Made by a program: the position numbers and the translations under genes. Below are positions 9,568 to 17,557 of a DNA stretch of 64,000 nt, one piece after another. The first letter of the stretch is position 1, and each line of letters opens with the position of its first letter. Below the pieces are notes generated by a model that did not search any database, was not told the origin of the DNA, and worked only from the letters and a program-made list of their open reading frames with translations. Origin of the DNA: a virus (lineage: Duplodnaviria > Heunggongvirae > Uroviricota > Caudoviricetes); IMG/VR virus record IMGVR_UViG_3300013288_000004, positions 191,360 through 255,359 of that record. One strand, written 5' to 3'.

Positions 9568-10265
9568 GGTATTGATTCGGCAAAATTAAAAGTTGATTCT
9601 ATATAATTTCTATCTTGTGTAAAAATTGGACACTCATAATCAATTTCTCCATTTCTAACACAAGTACCACGCCTAAAACGTACTAACTGCTCATTCCAAT
9701 TGATGTTAAATTTATTCATTAACATATCTTGCACTTCAGAGGTATTCTTACCATGTAATTCTTTAGAAGAAAACTTAGATTGTGCTAAAGAGTTAATACT
9801 ATTTCGTGTGGCATCTTTCTGCCTCCAGATAAAGTAATTTGTAACTTCGTCAAATGGAATATTAAATACTCTAGAATCAAATAATGCTGGCGCTGTGTTA
9901 AACGGATGTTTAAATATAGTATTAAAATATGCAGTAGCTATGCTGGCCGAGATACTTGTCATCTTCTGTACATTGTTACCAAACCATCTATCAGTATTCA
10001 GATTCTTCCAATCTTGAATCAAAATTGAAATCTCGTCGGATTGTGTATAACCAAATACAGCACCTTGAATCTCATGACAAAGAATTCTAGTAACTTCTGC
10101 CATTGCAGAATTTAATGTAAAATCAAACGGTTTTTGTAAACCTCTGACGTAAGAGTGAAAGGCGCGCCCATCGGCGCGCATAATAACTGGAGTTCTAGAC
10201 AACAAATGACTTTGGCTTACTGACTCGTAAGACTTCATGCGCGTTGAAAAATCATCATACTTCAT
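9564..10265 (-). CDS. tRNA(His) guanylyltransferase Thg1-like protein
   Basis: RADGRAFH, YTQSDEISIL, FDSRVF, YFIWRQKDATRNSI. Confidence 0.9.
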   Translation of the reverse strand: MKYDDFSTRMKSYESVSQSHLLSRTPVIMRADGRAFHSYVRGLQKPFDFTLNSAMAEVTRILCHEIQGAVFGYTQSDEISILIQDWKNLNTDRWFGNNVQKMTSISASIATAYFNTIFKHPFNTAPALFDSRVFNIPFDEVTNYFIWRQKDATRNSINSLAQSKFSSKELHGKNTSEVQDMLMNKFNINWNEQLVRFRRGTCVRNGEIDYECPIFTQDRNYIESTFNFAESIP

Positions 10266-10266
10266 A

Positions 10267-11322
10267 TCAATTTCCTATTGTGTATTTTTCATATGTTGTA
10301 TTCAGCCTATTATTGACTTTGATCAATGTAGCGCGTTTTGTCGCTTCTTTCAACTTCTCTGCGCCAACGTATGTACACATACTTCTGATAGCGCCACACA
10401 GTTCCTCTGCGATAGGCTCTACAGAGCCTCTGTAGGGCACCATAGTCGTTCTACCTTCAGATGCCTTATACGATGCTCTTCCACCATAAAACTCTTCCAT
10501 GGCACTGTTGGAGGACATTCCAAAGAATTTCTTATATTTTTTTCCATCAATTTCTTCCACTCCACCAACACATTCATCAGTACCTGAAAAAAATGTGCCC
10601 AACATAATAAAATCACTACCTCCACATATTGCGATATTAACATCCGCTGGTTGTGCGCAACCGCCATCACTACATATTTGGCCTTTCAAACCGTGGACCG
10701 CATCAGCAGTATCAATAACTGTCGATAATTGTGGACGCCCTACACCAGCTATTCTACGAGTCAGGCACATTTGCCCCCCGCCAATTCCGCAACGAACCAC
10801 ATCTGCACCAGCCAGAATCAATTCTGCTGCCATTTCACCAGTAACAACGTTCCCGGCCATAATAACTAAATCTGGATATAATGATCTTAACTTTCTAATT
10901 GATTTAACATACTCATCGGTGTATCCGTTAGCGCATTCACATAAGATCTTTTCTATTTTATAATCACAATCGCGGATGACTCGATAGAGTTTATCAAAAT
11001 CATTTTCTACTATACCCATAGAATACCAAGTATTATTGACAATATTTTTATCAGTTTCACTGAAAAATTGAATTAGATCGTATGTGGAATAGTGTTTATG
11101 TAACGCTGTCATCATATTATATTTTGACAGGGCGTGTGCCATAGCGAATGTACCAGTAAGCATATTGCTGGCGATAATTGGTGTTCCCGTCCACGTCTTA
11201 CCAGTATGTCTAAATGTGAACGTTCTTGTAATATCAACATCTTTCCTAGACTTTAGAGTAGAACGTTTTGGTAGGATCAAAACATCTGAAAAATCTAATT
11301 GTTCTTGTAATTCTAATCTCAT
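10267..11322 (-). CDS. guaC: GMP reductase
   Basis: LDFSDVLILPKRSTLKSR, ANGY, AGNVVT, GIGGGQMCLTR, SDGGC, FFGMSS, RASYKASEG. Confidence 0.92.
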   Translation of the reverse strand: MRLELQEQLDFSDVLILPKRSTLKSRKDVDITRTFTFRHTGKTWTGTPIIASNMLTGTFAMAHALSKYNMMTALHKHYSTYDLIQFFSETDKNIVNNTWYSMGIVENDFDKLYRVIRDCDYKIEKILCECANGYTDEYVKSIRKLRSLYPDLVIMAGNVVTGEMAAELILAGADVVRCGIGGGQMCLTRRIAGVGRPQLSTVIDTADAVHGLKGQICSDGGCAQPADVNIAICGGSDFIMLGTFFSGTDECVGGVEEIDGKKYKKFFGMSSNSAMEEFYGGRASYKASEGRTTMVPYRGSVEPIAEELCGAIRSMCTYVGAEKLKEATKRATLIKVNNRLNTTYEKYTIGN

Positions 11323-11332
11323 TTATATTCCT

Positions 11333-11770
11333 TTAGGCTAATGGGTATGATCGGATCAAACGCATAATGTCAATAAAATTGTCGGTGTTGTCTGGTATAT
11401 GTGCAAACTGTTCCAATTCCTCTCTTGAGAATTCTGGAAAAATTACACCAACACATGTCAGGGCACCATTTAATGATGCCGCATCTTCGGTGAAAAAGTC
11501 AAATGGATAACCACAATTTTTCTCTTCCAGCACGTCGTGTATACAAGATAAACCATAACAATTACCACCGTTTAATATGATTATTGTTTTACCACAATGC
11601 GCCCAGTTGCTCAAAGAGTGTGCTGCACCAGCGCTTGAGTATTGGTATTTGTCGAATAATTCAGACACTAAGTGTGCGGTCTGCAACCCTCTCTGTAAAT
11701 CAGAGAGATAATAATTAACAAAGCTATATAACCGCAATGGTGCTTGTATGATCTCTTCTAATGTTCTCAC
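11333..11770 (-). CDS. Possible peptidyl-tRNA hydrolase II-like protein
   Basis: QTAH...W...KTIIILNGG...FTEDAASLNGALTCVG resembles the PTH2 pattern. Confidence 0.45.
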   Translation of the reverse strand: MRTLEEIIQAPLRLYSFVNYYLSDLQRGLQTAHLVSELFDKYQYSSAGAAHSLSNWAHCGKTIIILNGGNCYGLSCIHDVLEEKNCGYPFDFFTEDAASLNGALTCVGVIFPEFSREELEQFAHIPDNTDNFIDIMRLIRSYPLA

Positions 11771-11780
11771 ATGTAAATCC

Positions 11781-11972
11781 TCAAATATCTACCAACTTTG
11801 GTCGCATTACCATAGAATAATCTTCTTTGGTTGCTGTTTCCGCAAACTCATTATTTTTATCATTCATAAATTTAATGGCAGATGAATAATCTTCAAACAT
11901 TACATCTTCACCATTTTTATAATCCCCGTTTCCAGAGAAATGAACTACTTGTACTGTATAAACAACCGCCAT
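11781..11972 (-). CDS. hypothetical protein
   Basis: 63 aa ORF with SD (AAGGA) upstream. Confidence 0.6.
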   Translation of the reverse strand: MAVVYTVQVVHFSGNGDYKNGEDVMFEDYSSAIKFMNDKNNEFAETATKEDYSMVMRPKLVDI

Positions 11973-11984
11973 TATTATTTTTCC

Positions 11985-12500
11985 TTAGTTATATAACCAA
12001 ACTGTATGTGCTAATTCTGGAGCTAGCCAGAATGTTTCTTTACATGTTAAATTTTCTGGTATTACTAGATGATTATCACATTCATAGTCTCCAAATATTC
12101 TGGTGACTGATAATTCTTCTATATGAAAAATCTTAAAACCTTCTTCATAAATTTTCTTTCCTCCGCATAATACCAGTTCTTCATCCAAAAAGGAAGAGTT
12201 TAAACTGTCCAGAGAAGTAACACATCTCACACCATCTATAGGGTTAGAAGTTACCAATATAATTTTTCTACCCGGCAAAGGATCTTGTTTATTTTTAGAG
12301 TAAGTCAGTAAATCAGAATATGTTATTCTTCCCATTACACAAGTTTTATCTTCAGTATATCGTTTAAAATATTGAAAATCTTCTTTGACTCTCCAAGGGA
12401 TTTTACCTTTAACAGACATACCATTGTTCTTATCTAATGCTACAATTGCTTTTACTTTTCTTTTCATGTTTAAATTTCCAAACATGTTTAAGTGTATCAA
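11985..12500 (-). CDS. frd: Dihydrofolate reductase (true start probably a downstream Met)
   Basis: AIVALDKNNGM..IPW..EDFQYFK..T..VMGRITY..LPGR..LCGGKKIY. Confidence 0.92.
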   Translation of the reverse strand: MIHLNMFGNLNMKRKVKAIVALDKNNGMSVKGKIPWRVKEDFQYFKRYTEDKTCVMGRITYSDLLTYSKNKQDPLPGRKIILVTSNPIDGVRCVTSLDSLNSSFLDEELVLCGGKKIYEEGFKIFHIEELSVTRIFGDYECDNHLVIPENLTCKETFWLAPELAHTVWLYN

Positions 12501-12519
12501 TTAATATCTACAATGTCAA
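12491..12519 (-). promoter_or_regulatory. sigma70-type promoter upstream of DHFR
   Basis: TTGACA-N17-TACACT on the minus strand. Confidence 0.65.
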
Positions 12520-12527
12520 CATAAATA
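12520..12527 (+). promoter_or_regulatory. Late-type promoter for the acidic protein/endolysin pair
   Basis: CATAAATA 22 nt upstream of the ATG at 12550. Confidence 0.55.
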
Positions 12528-12549
12528 TAAGACATATTGGAGTTTTATA

Positions 12550-12945
12550 ATGGGAAGAGAATTTTCTAGTTTTTTTAATAATGAACAGAATGATGAAGAT
12601 GAATATGGTTTCGGCGACGATTCCTTAGAATCTGACGACTATGAAGGGATGGATGATGAAGATGGGTTCGAAGACGACATAGAAGATGATGAATTTGATT
12701 TAGAATTGGATGACATTAGACCTGATGATGAAGAATCATTTGATAGTGAAGATGAGCAGACAATCGACCCGGAAATGGATGATGGCGAAATTGATATATC
12801 CGACATTATCAAAAAACTTGATGCTCTTGATGCAGGCGAAGATATTGAATCCGAAGAAGATTCTGAATTAGATGACGAATCCGAAGATGGTGAATCAGAT
12901 GAATTACCTTCAGATGATGAAGAAGATTTTATATTCTTGGACTAA
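12550..12945 (+). CDS. Extremely acidic protein
   Basis: Roughly half Asp/Glu with very few basic residues; GGAG SD. Confidence 0.75.
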   Translation: MGREFSSFFNNEQNDEDEYGFGDDSLESDDYEGMDDEDGFEDDIEDDEFDLELDDIRPDDEESFDSEDEQTIDPEMDDGEIDISDIIKKLDALDAGEDIESEEDSELDDESEDGESDELPSDDEEDFIFLD

Positions 12946-12951
12946 AAACAT

Positions 12952-13383
12952 ATGCCATATTCTAAAAAAACTATAGACCATTTTGTATTCGAAGAGGGTC
13001 TACGCCTAAACAAATATCTAGACACTACTGGACATTGGACAATTGGTATTGGCCATAAATTAACAAAAGAAGATCTTGGGAATAATTTATCCACCATAAC
13101 CAAAGAACAGGCTTATGAAATTCTGGAAAAAGATCTAGACATTGCCAAGAAAGATACTAAAAGAATCTTTCCAGAATATGACACATATCCAGAAAACGTT
13201 AAGCTAGCTTTGCTGGATATGACGTTCAACCTTGGATATAGTGGTTTGTCTAAATTCGTTGTAACTATTCCTCTGGTTAAACAGAGGAAATTCAAAGAAG
13301 CTGCTGATCAGGCTATGAAAAGCTTATGGGCTAGACAAGTTCCGAACAGAGCAAAACGTGTAACTAAATTACTGGCGGGTTGA
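12952..13383 (+). CDS. T4-type lysozyme (GH24) / endolysin
   Basis: FEEGLRLNKYLDTTGHWTIGIGH catalytic E-D-T motif; DMTFNLG; SLWARQVPNRAKR. Confidence 0.93.
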   Translation: MPYSKKTIDHFVFEEGLRLNKYLDTTGHWTIGIGHKLTKEDLGNNLSTITKEQAYEILEKDLDIAKKDTKRIFPEYDTYPENVKLALLDMTFNLGYSGLSKFVVTIPLVKQRKFKEAADQAMKSLWARQVPNRAKRVTKLLAG

Positions 13384-13611
13384 ACCGAAGAAACTAGTTA
13401 ACCAAGTCATGAATCGTCCAAACAGTGTAGCATTAACTACAATGTCTTCGACATTGTTTTCTGCACGCTTGATAGCTGTCTGAACTTCTTTTTCGGTGAA
13501 CAAACCATATACTAACTCACCATCCAACTTCTTAATTGATGAAATATAATACACATTTGCTGAACCGAATTTACGGTCTTTATTGTCAATTGGTTTGTTA
13601 ATATTAATCAT
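13369..13611 (-). CDS. hypothetical protein
   Basis: ORF with AAGGA SD, convergent with the lysozyme. Confidence 0.65.
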   Translation of the reverse strand: MININKPIDNKDRKFGSANVYYISSIKKLDGELVYGLFTEKEVQTAIKRAENNVEDIVVNATLFGRFMTWLTSFFGSTRQ

Positions 13612-13622
13612 TATTTAATTCC

Positions 13623-13985
13623 TTAGTTTAATAATTGTGGTTTAGCTTTTATTTTAATCGGTTGAACCGATTTTGCTTTTTTTATAATTGAATTAGAATC
13701 TACAGGTCTTTTACCTTTTGATTTATCAATCGACCAAGTGATATGGTACAGACTTCCGTCAGATCTTTCAACATTACCGTCTATGGCCACTAGGAACGCT
13801 TGTACGCCATCTTCTGATACCAACCCTATCACGACTATGTCTTCAGTCTCTGGAGGCAGAGGATGCCCTTTAGTGACACCAAATTCAACAGTTATATGAT
13901 GACCGATGAAATCTGGATAATCTTGATTAAACAATTCTTTAAGTTTATTGATAGACTTATCTGTTAGAACGTATGCGGTATACAT
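13623..13985 (-). CDS. 2H phosphoesterase family protein (start revised to MYTAY)
   Basis: Two HxT motifs, GHHITVEFG and LYHITWS. Confidence 0.7.
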   Translation of the reverse strand: MYTAYVLTDKSINKLKELFNQDYPDFIGHHITVEFGVTKGHPLPPETEDIVVIGLVSEDGVQAFLVAIDGNVERSDGSLYHITWSIDKSKGKRPVDSNSIIKKAKSVQPIKIKAKPQLLN

Positions 13986-13986
13986 T

Positions 13987-14166
13987 TTAATACCTTTCGC
14001 GAATCTCATTCAGTTGAAACAGCATCGATAATGCGTCAACAAGGTCTTCATTATCTTCATAATCTTCTTGATCATAACTTCTTAAATCTATATCGAAATT
14101 AGTAAGCAATTCTTGCTTGATTTCGTCAAACTTATCCAATATAACTTCTAAAATTTCTTCACTCAT
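13987..14166 (-). CDS. Small acidic hypothetical protein (59 aa, not in track)
   Basis: Hand translation MSEEILEVILDKFDEIKQ...NEIRERY fills the gap between neighbours. Confidence 0.6.
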   Translation of the reverse strand: MSEEILEVILDKFDEIKQELLTNFDIDLRSYDQEDYEDNEDLVDALSMLFQLNEIRERY

Positions 14167-14175
14167 TTTTGATCA

Positions 14176-14343
14176 TTACCCTAGTAGAAATTGTGAGCCA
14201 TTTTTTGTTATAGGGATGATATTGGCCAATTGTTTATCATCTTCCGAAAGAGAATCCTTAACTTTCATTACTTCATTTATATCATGTCGTTCGCAAATTA
14301 CTTTACCTTTTACTACTAGACGAAATGTAATTTCATCATTCAT
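14176..14343 (-). CDS. Small hypothetical protein (55 aa, not in track)
   Basis: MNDEITFRLVVKG...NIIPITKNGSQFLLG; AAGG SD upstream. Confidence 0.6.
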   Translation of the reverse strand: MNDEITFRLVVKGKVICERHDINEVMKVKDSLSEDDKQLANIIPITKNGSQFLLG

Positions 14344-14404
14344 TTATACATACCTTTTAGTTACTACTTTATATATTGTTGTTTTAATAAAACGTGCAAA
14401 AATT

Positions 14405-14426
14405 ACGGGGCCATAATTGGCCCCGT
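14405..14426 (-). terminator. Intrinsic terminator
   Basis: acggggcca-taat-tggccccgt downstream of the HNH gene. Confidence 0.75.
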
Positions 14427-14450
14427 TTCGTCTATTGTAGTTCTGGCGAT

Positions 14451-15062
14451 CTAATTCTGCCATATTCTTGAATGTTTAGAAACTCCAACGCTCAAGAAGT
14501 CCATTTGACAGGCTAGTATGCGTCTATTCTGTAGAATTAACGATTCCGCATGACTTGGGACATAGGGTAAATATGCCAGCTTCATGTCTGCTTGTTCTGG
14601 TGTACGGTCGCCCTTCCACTGATTACAAGAAACGCATGCAGTAACAACGTTTTCCCAAGTGTCCTTACCACCCTTAGAAACAGGATGAATATGGTCTCTG
14701 GTCAAAATATTACGTTTAAAAGTTCCAACACAATATGCACAAATGTTTCTATCACGTTCAAACAGTGTTTTGTTTGAAAGGGTAGGACTATTTTTACGAT
14801 ATTTGCTTGGTGATATATCGTTGTCAACAGCAATTATGGTATCCATTGTCAATATTGACTGCTGTCCAGTTTTTGCGTTTGTGCCTCCACGCAGCACGAC
14901 ATTGTGTTCACCCAAAGACCAAAGTACTTTGTCCTTAGCGTAGTAATAGCACGCTGCCTGATAATCAATCCATTTCAAAGCTTCTCCACCCTTGTTCAAG
15001 AGTAAGATAGCTGGTAATGGTGATCTTTCAGTTACATGTAATTTACTTTTTTCCGTTTTCAT
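14451..15062 (-). CDS. HNH endonuclease (McrA-like)
   Basis: RDRNICAYC..TRDHIHPVSKGG..WENVVTACVSCNQWKG. Confidence 0.88.
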   Translation of the reverse strand: MKTEKSKLHVTERSPLPAILLLNKGGEALKWIDYQAACYYYAKDKVLWSLGEHNVVLRGGTNAKTGQQSILTMDTIIAVDNDISPSKYRKNSPTLSNKTLFERDRNICAYCVGTFKRNILTRDHIHPVSKGGKDTWENVVTACVSCNQWKGDRTPEQADMKLAYLPYVPSHAESLILQNRRILACQMDFLSVGVSKHSRIWQN

Positions 15063-15547
15063 TATTGCACCTGTATAGTCCTGTCAAAATTTTCATCCGC
15101 AGAAATTGGATCAAAACTCTTAAGCATATTTAGTATTACGTCTTCTGGAACGAATTTACCAGATGTTTGAGCACGCTTTCTATTACGTTCGAATAGAGTT
15201 TTTGTATCACAATCAAAAACTACAGCGATCTTTTCATAATTGTCAAGGCCACTAATAATAGACTTTCTCTTCTTTGACCCCATATTTGTCTGGTCATAAA
15301 TTATATTTCTATTATTATTTACAGCTTCTCTAAAGTCTGCTTTCATCATAGCGGTAGCTCTACCAATAAATTTTTGCCATCCTTGCGAATAATTCAGACC
15401 TTCAGCAGCAGACAAATCTTCTATGATATTATCAGAAGAAATGACGACGAAATCTTCTTTTTGAGAAGCTAAAAATTTATTTATCCATGTACTCTTACCA
15501 GAACATGGCGCTCCAATACATACATAGATTTTAGGTTTCGTTTCCAT
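15062..15547 (-). CDS. P-loop kinase (AAA_33 / polynucleotide kinase-like)
   Basis: IGAPCSGKSTW, ISSDNI, DQTN...R, RNRKR. Confidence 0.8.
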   Translation of the reverse strand: METKPKIYVCIGAPCSGKSTWINKFLASQKEDFVVISSDNIIEDLSAAEGLNYSQGWQKFIGRATAMMKADFREAVNNNRNIIYDQTNMGSKKRKSIISGLDNYEKIAVVFDCDTKTLFERNRKRAQTSGKFVPEDVILNMLKSFDPISADENFDRTIQVQ

Positions 15548-16019
15548 TGATAAACTCTCTTTCGTAATTTCGAGTTACTATACCAGCTTCATCGAACATC
15601 TGCAAGGAAATTTTTGCGTCATCTTCCCACCTAGATACAGCGTGGTCCGCTGTTTGTAAATATACTACAGTTTTAATCCCAGATTGAATAATATTTCTAG
15701 CACATGTTGAACATGGACACATAGTAACATAAATTGTGCAATGTAATGTTGGTATACCAACAATGTTCATATTGCTTAAACAATTTTCTTCGGCATGACT
15801 GAAATACTTATACTTTAACGGGCGCTGATTCCTATCTTCCACGTCATCATCCAACCCTCTAGGGATGCCATTGTACCCAACAGATCTAACTATTTTATAA
15901 TCGTCTACAATGATAGCCCCAACGGTGGTGGAATTGTCCTTCGACCATGATGAAACTTCATGAGCAAGTTTCAGAAATCGTCTATCCCACTTCTCAAAAT
16001 TACTCATGTTTGTAAACAA
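15531..16019 (-). CDS. cd: dCMP deaminase
   Basis: SWSKD..VGAII..GYNGIPRG, HAEEN, PCSTC. Confidence 0.92.
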   Translation of the reverse strand: MFTNMSNFEKWDRRFLKLAHEVSSWSKDNSTTVGAIIVDDYKIVRSVGYNGIPRGLDDDVEDRNQRPLKYKYFSHAEENCLSNMNIVGIPTLHCTIYVTMCPCSTCARNIIQSGIKTVVYLQTADHAVSRWEDDAKISLQMFDEAGIVTRNYEREFINGNET

Positions 16020-16534
16020 TTAATTAAATTATCCAGCAATCTTTCTCTGACTGACATCAATGCTTTACCTAAAAGGTTCTCACCTTGCCATTTAGATTCG
16101 TCTAAAATGTCTGGATGGTCAACACCCATTCCTATACCGAAAATGCGATCATATGGACTTGCTTCACAAATTATTTTATTCTTAGTTTGCAACAGAATTC
16201 TCTGAAGGTCTAAATTTTGTGAAAATTTACCAAGGACGGATAGTTCCATTGCCAAGTAACGGGCCTTAGACCACTTATCATCGTCGTACCCTTTAACTAG
16301 CCTACCAGCACGCTTTTGTGCTGCTGGATCGTCAGTCCCCATGATAACCTTCAACGCTTCTTCGTCTTTGAAGAAGAGAGCCTTTGTTGCTATAAATTGT
16401 TGTTCGGAACAATTGAATTTCTGCCCAAGATATTCGTACTCACATGGATACCAATTAGAAAATGGTCCACCATAGAAGAATACATACTTGTCTGTTTCAA
16501 AATGACCGGGTACTTTCTGTGTAAAGTTATGCAT
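16004..16534 (-). CDS. NADAR family protein (start revised to MHNF)
   Basis: FSNWYPC..SEQQF..KALFFKD..KRAGRLVKGYDDDKW..EASPYDRIFGIG..GENLLGKALM. Confidence 0.92.
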   Translation of the reverse strand: MHNFTQKVPGHFETDKYVFFYGGPFSNWYPCEYEYLGQKFNCSEQQFIATKALFFKDEEALKVIMGTDDPAAQKRAGRLVKGYDDDKWSKARYLAMELSVLGKFSQNLDLQRILLQTKNKIICEASPYDRIFGIGMGVDHPDILDESKWQGENLLGKALMSVRERLLDNLINCLQT

Positions 16535-16548
16535 AGTTTTTTCCATTA

Positions 16549-16586
16549 AAAAAGCCACAGTGAGTATGACTCGTCTGTGGCTTTTT
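16549..16586 (-). terminator. Terminator-like hairpin after hsp20
   Basis: aaaaagccacag...ctgtggcttttt; lies inside the over-extended NADAR ORF call. Confidence 0.7.
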
Positions 16587-16610
16587 GTCAAACATGATTT
16601 GACAGAATGT

Positions 16611-17144
16611 TTATTCAATCTTTACCAATCGTTCCTTTCGAATAGGTTCGACCTTCTTATTTGGTGGCGTAACATTAACAGTTAGCAAACCATTTTCAAA
16701 TGTCACATCATGTACCTCACTATCCTTTGATATGGTAAATCGCAACTCTTTCTTTGAAAAGGAAAGTTTCTTATGGAATGCTTTCACTTTAGCTTTCGAT
16801 CCTATTTCTAACGGTTCTTCTTCTGATTTATTTTCTGCAATAATTTGAAGAATTTTATCCTCTAGGATTTTAATGGTAATTTGGTCTTTAGAGAATCCAG
16901 CCAACGCAACGTCGATTCTATATGTACCATCAACCAAATGTACATCATATGGCGGCTGTGATGCTGTTATTTCATCCATAGCAAAATCACTAGATAGTGA
17001 CCAAGATCCTATTCCATTAAATAGCGAATCCATTAAATCGAATCGTCGATCTAACGATTTTTGTACATTTTGTATATAGTTATCTGCTAAACTAGTAACT
17101 GGCGCATTAAACTTCTTAACTGCATTTGTAGTATTTTTAAACAT
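16611..17144 (-). CDS. Small heat-shock protein (Hsp20/IbpA-like)
   Basis: PPYDV..YRIDVALAGFSKDQI..FENGLLTV; AAAGGAG SD. Confidence 0.9.
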   Translation of the reverse strand: MFKNTTNAVKKFNAPVTSLADNYIQNVQKSLDRRFDLMDSLFNGIGSWSLSSDFAMDEITASQPPYDVHLVDGTYRIDVALAGFSKDQITIKILEDKILQIIAENKSEEEPLEIGSKAKVKAFHKKLSFSKKELRFTISKDSEVHDVTFENGLLTVNVTPPNKKVEPIRKERLVKIE

Positions 17145-17219
17145 AATTTTTCTCCTTTATAGCAAGTTATGTTTTTATGATCCCATTCGGCGATCAATTT
17201 GCTGATCATTCAGCACTAC

Positions 17220-17250
17220 TATTTATAGGAGATTTTGGGTACATTGTCAA
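17220..17250 (-). promoter_or_regulatory. Composite sigma70/late promoter for hsp20
   Basis: TTGACA-N17-TATAAA, whose -10 is part of a TATAAATA late box. Confidence 0.65.
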
Positions 17251-17269
17251 GTCACAATTGTAAAAATAT

Positions 17270-17557
17270 TTAAAATTCTATTCCATCTACATCATTGCAA
17301 ATCTGTATAAGATAATCACCGTGGCATGCTTTTGGTTTGCAGAAACAAACTAGATTTTTACCTTTCAAATCCTGTATAATTTCATGTTTCAATTCTGGAT
17401 TGCTTTCAACATAATCAATATATTTTTCGATTACCTGTCCTCTTGTACCGTCTACGCCACGAATGAAGGGGTTCCCATAATATGAACCCCTTCCAATATA
17501 CACACAATCGTTTGGCCTATTTTCGTCAGATATGTTATAAACTTTTGGCATCATCAC
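17270..17557 (-). CDS. DUF4326-family protein
   Basis: VYIGRGSYYGNPF..LKGKNLVCFCKPKACHGDYL. Confidence 0.85.
   Translation of the reverse strand: MMMPKVYNISDENRPNDCVYIGRGSYYGNPFIRGVDGTRGQVIEKYIDYVESNPELKHEIIQDLKGKNLVCFCKPKACHGDYLIQICNDVDGIEF

Noticed and set aside
16535-16618. N-terminal extension of NADAR given in the ORF track
   Set aside because: It spans the hsp20 terminator; an SD-like GGA supports a start at 16534. The track starts of NAMPT (19023) and the 2H gene (14009) were trimmed similarly.
17145-17269. tRNA or ncRNA in the larger intergenic gaps
   Set aside because: No cloverleaf, T-loop GTTC or CCA pattern; the gaps are explained by promoters, SD sequences and terminators.
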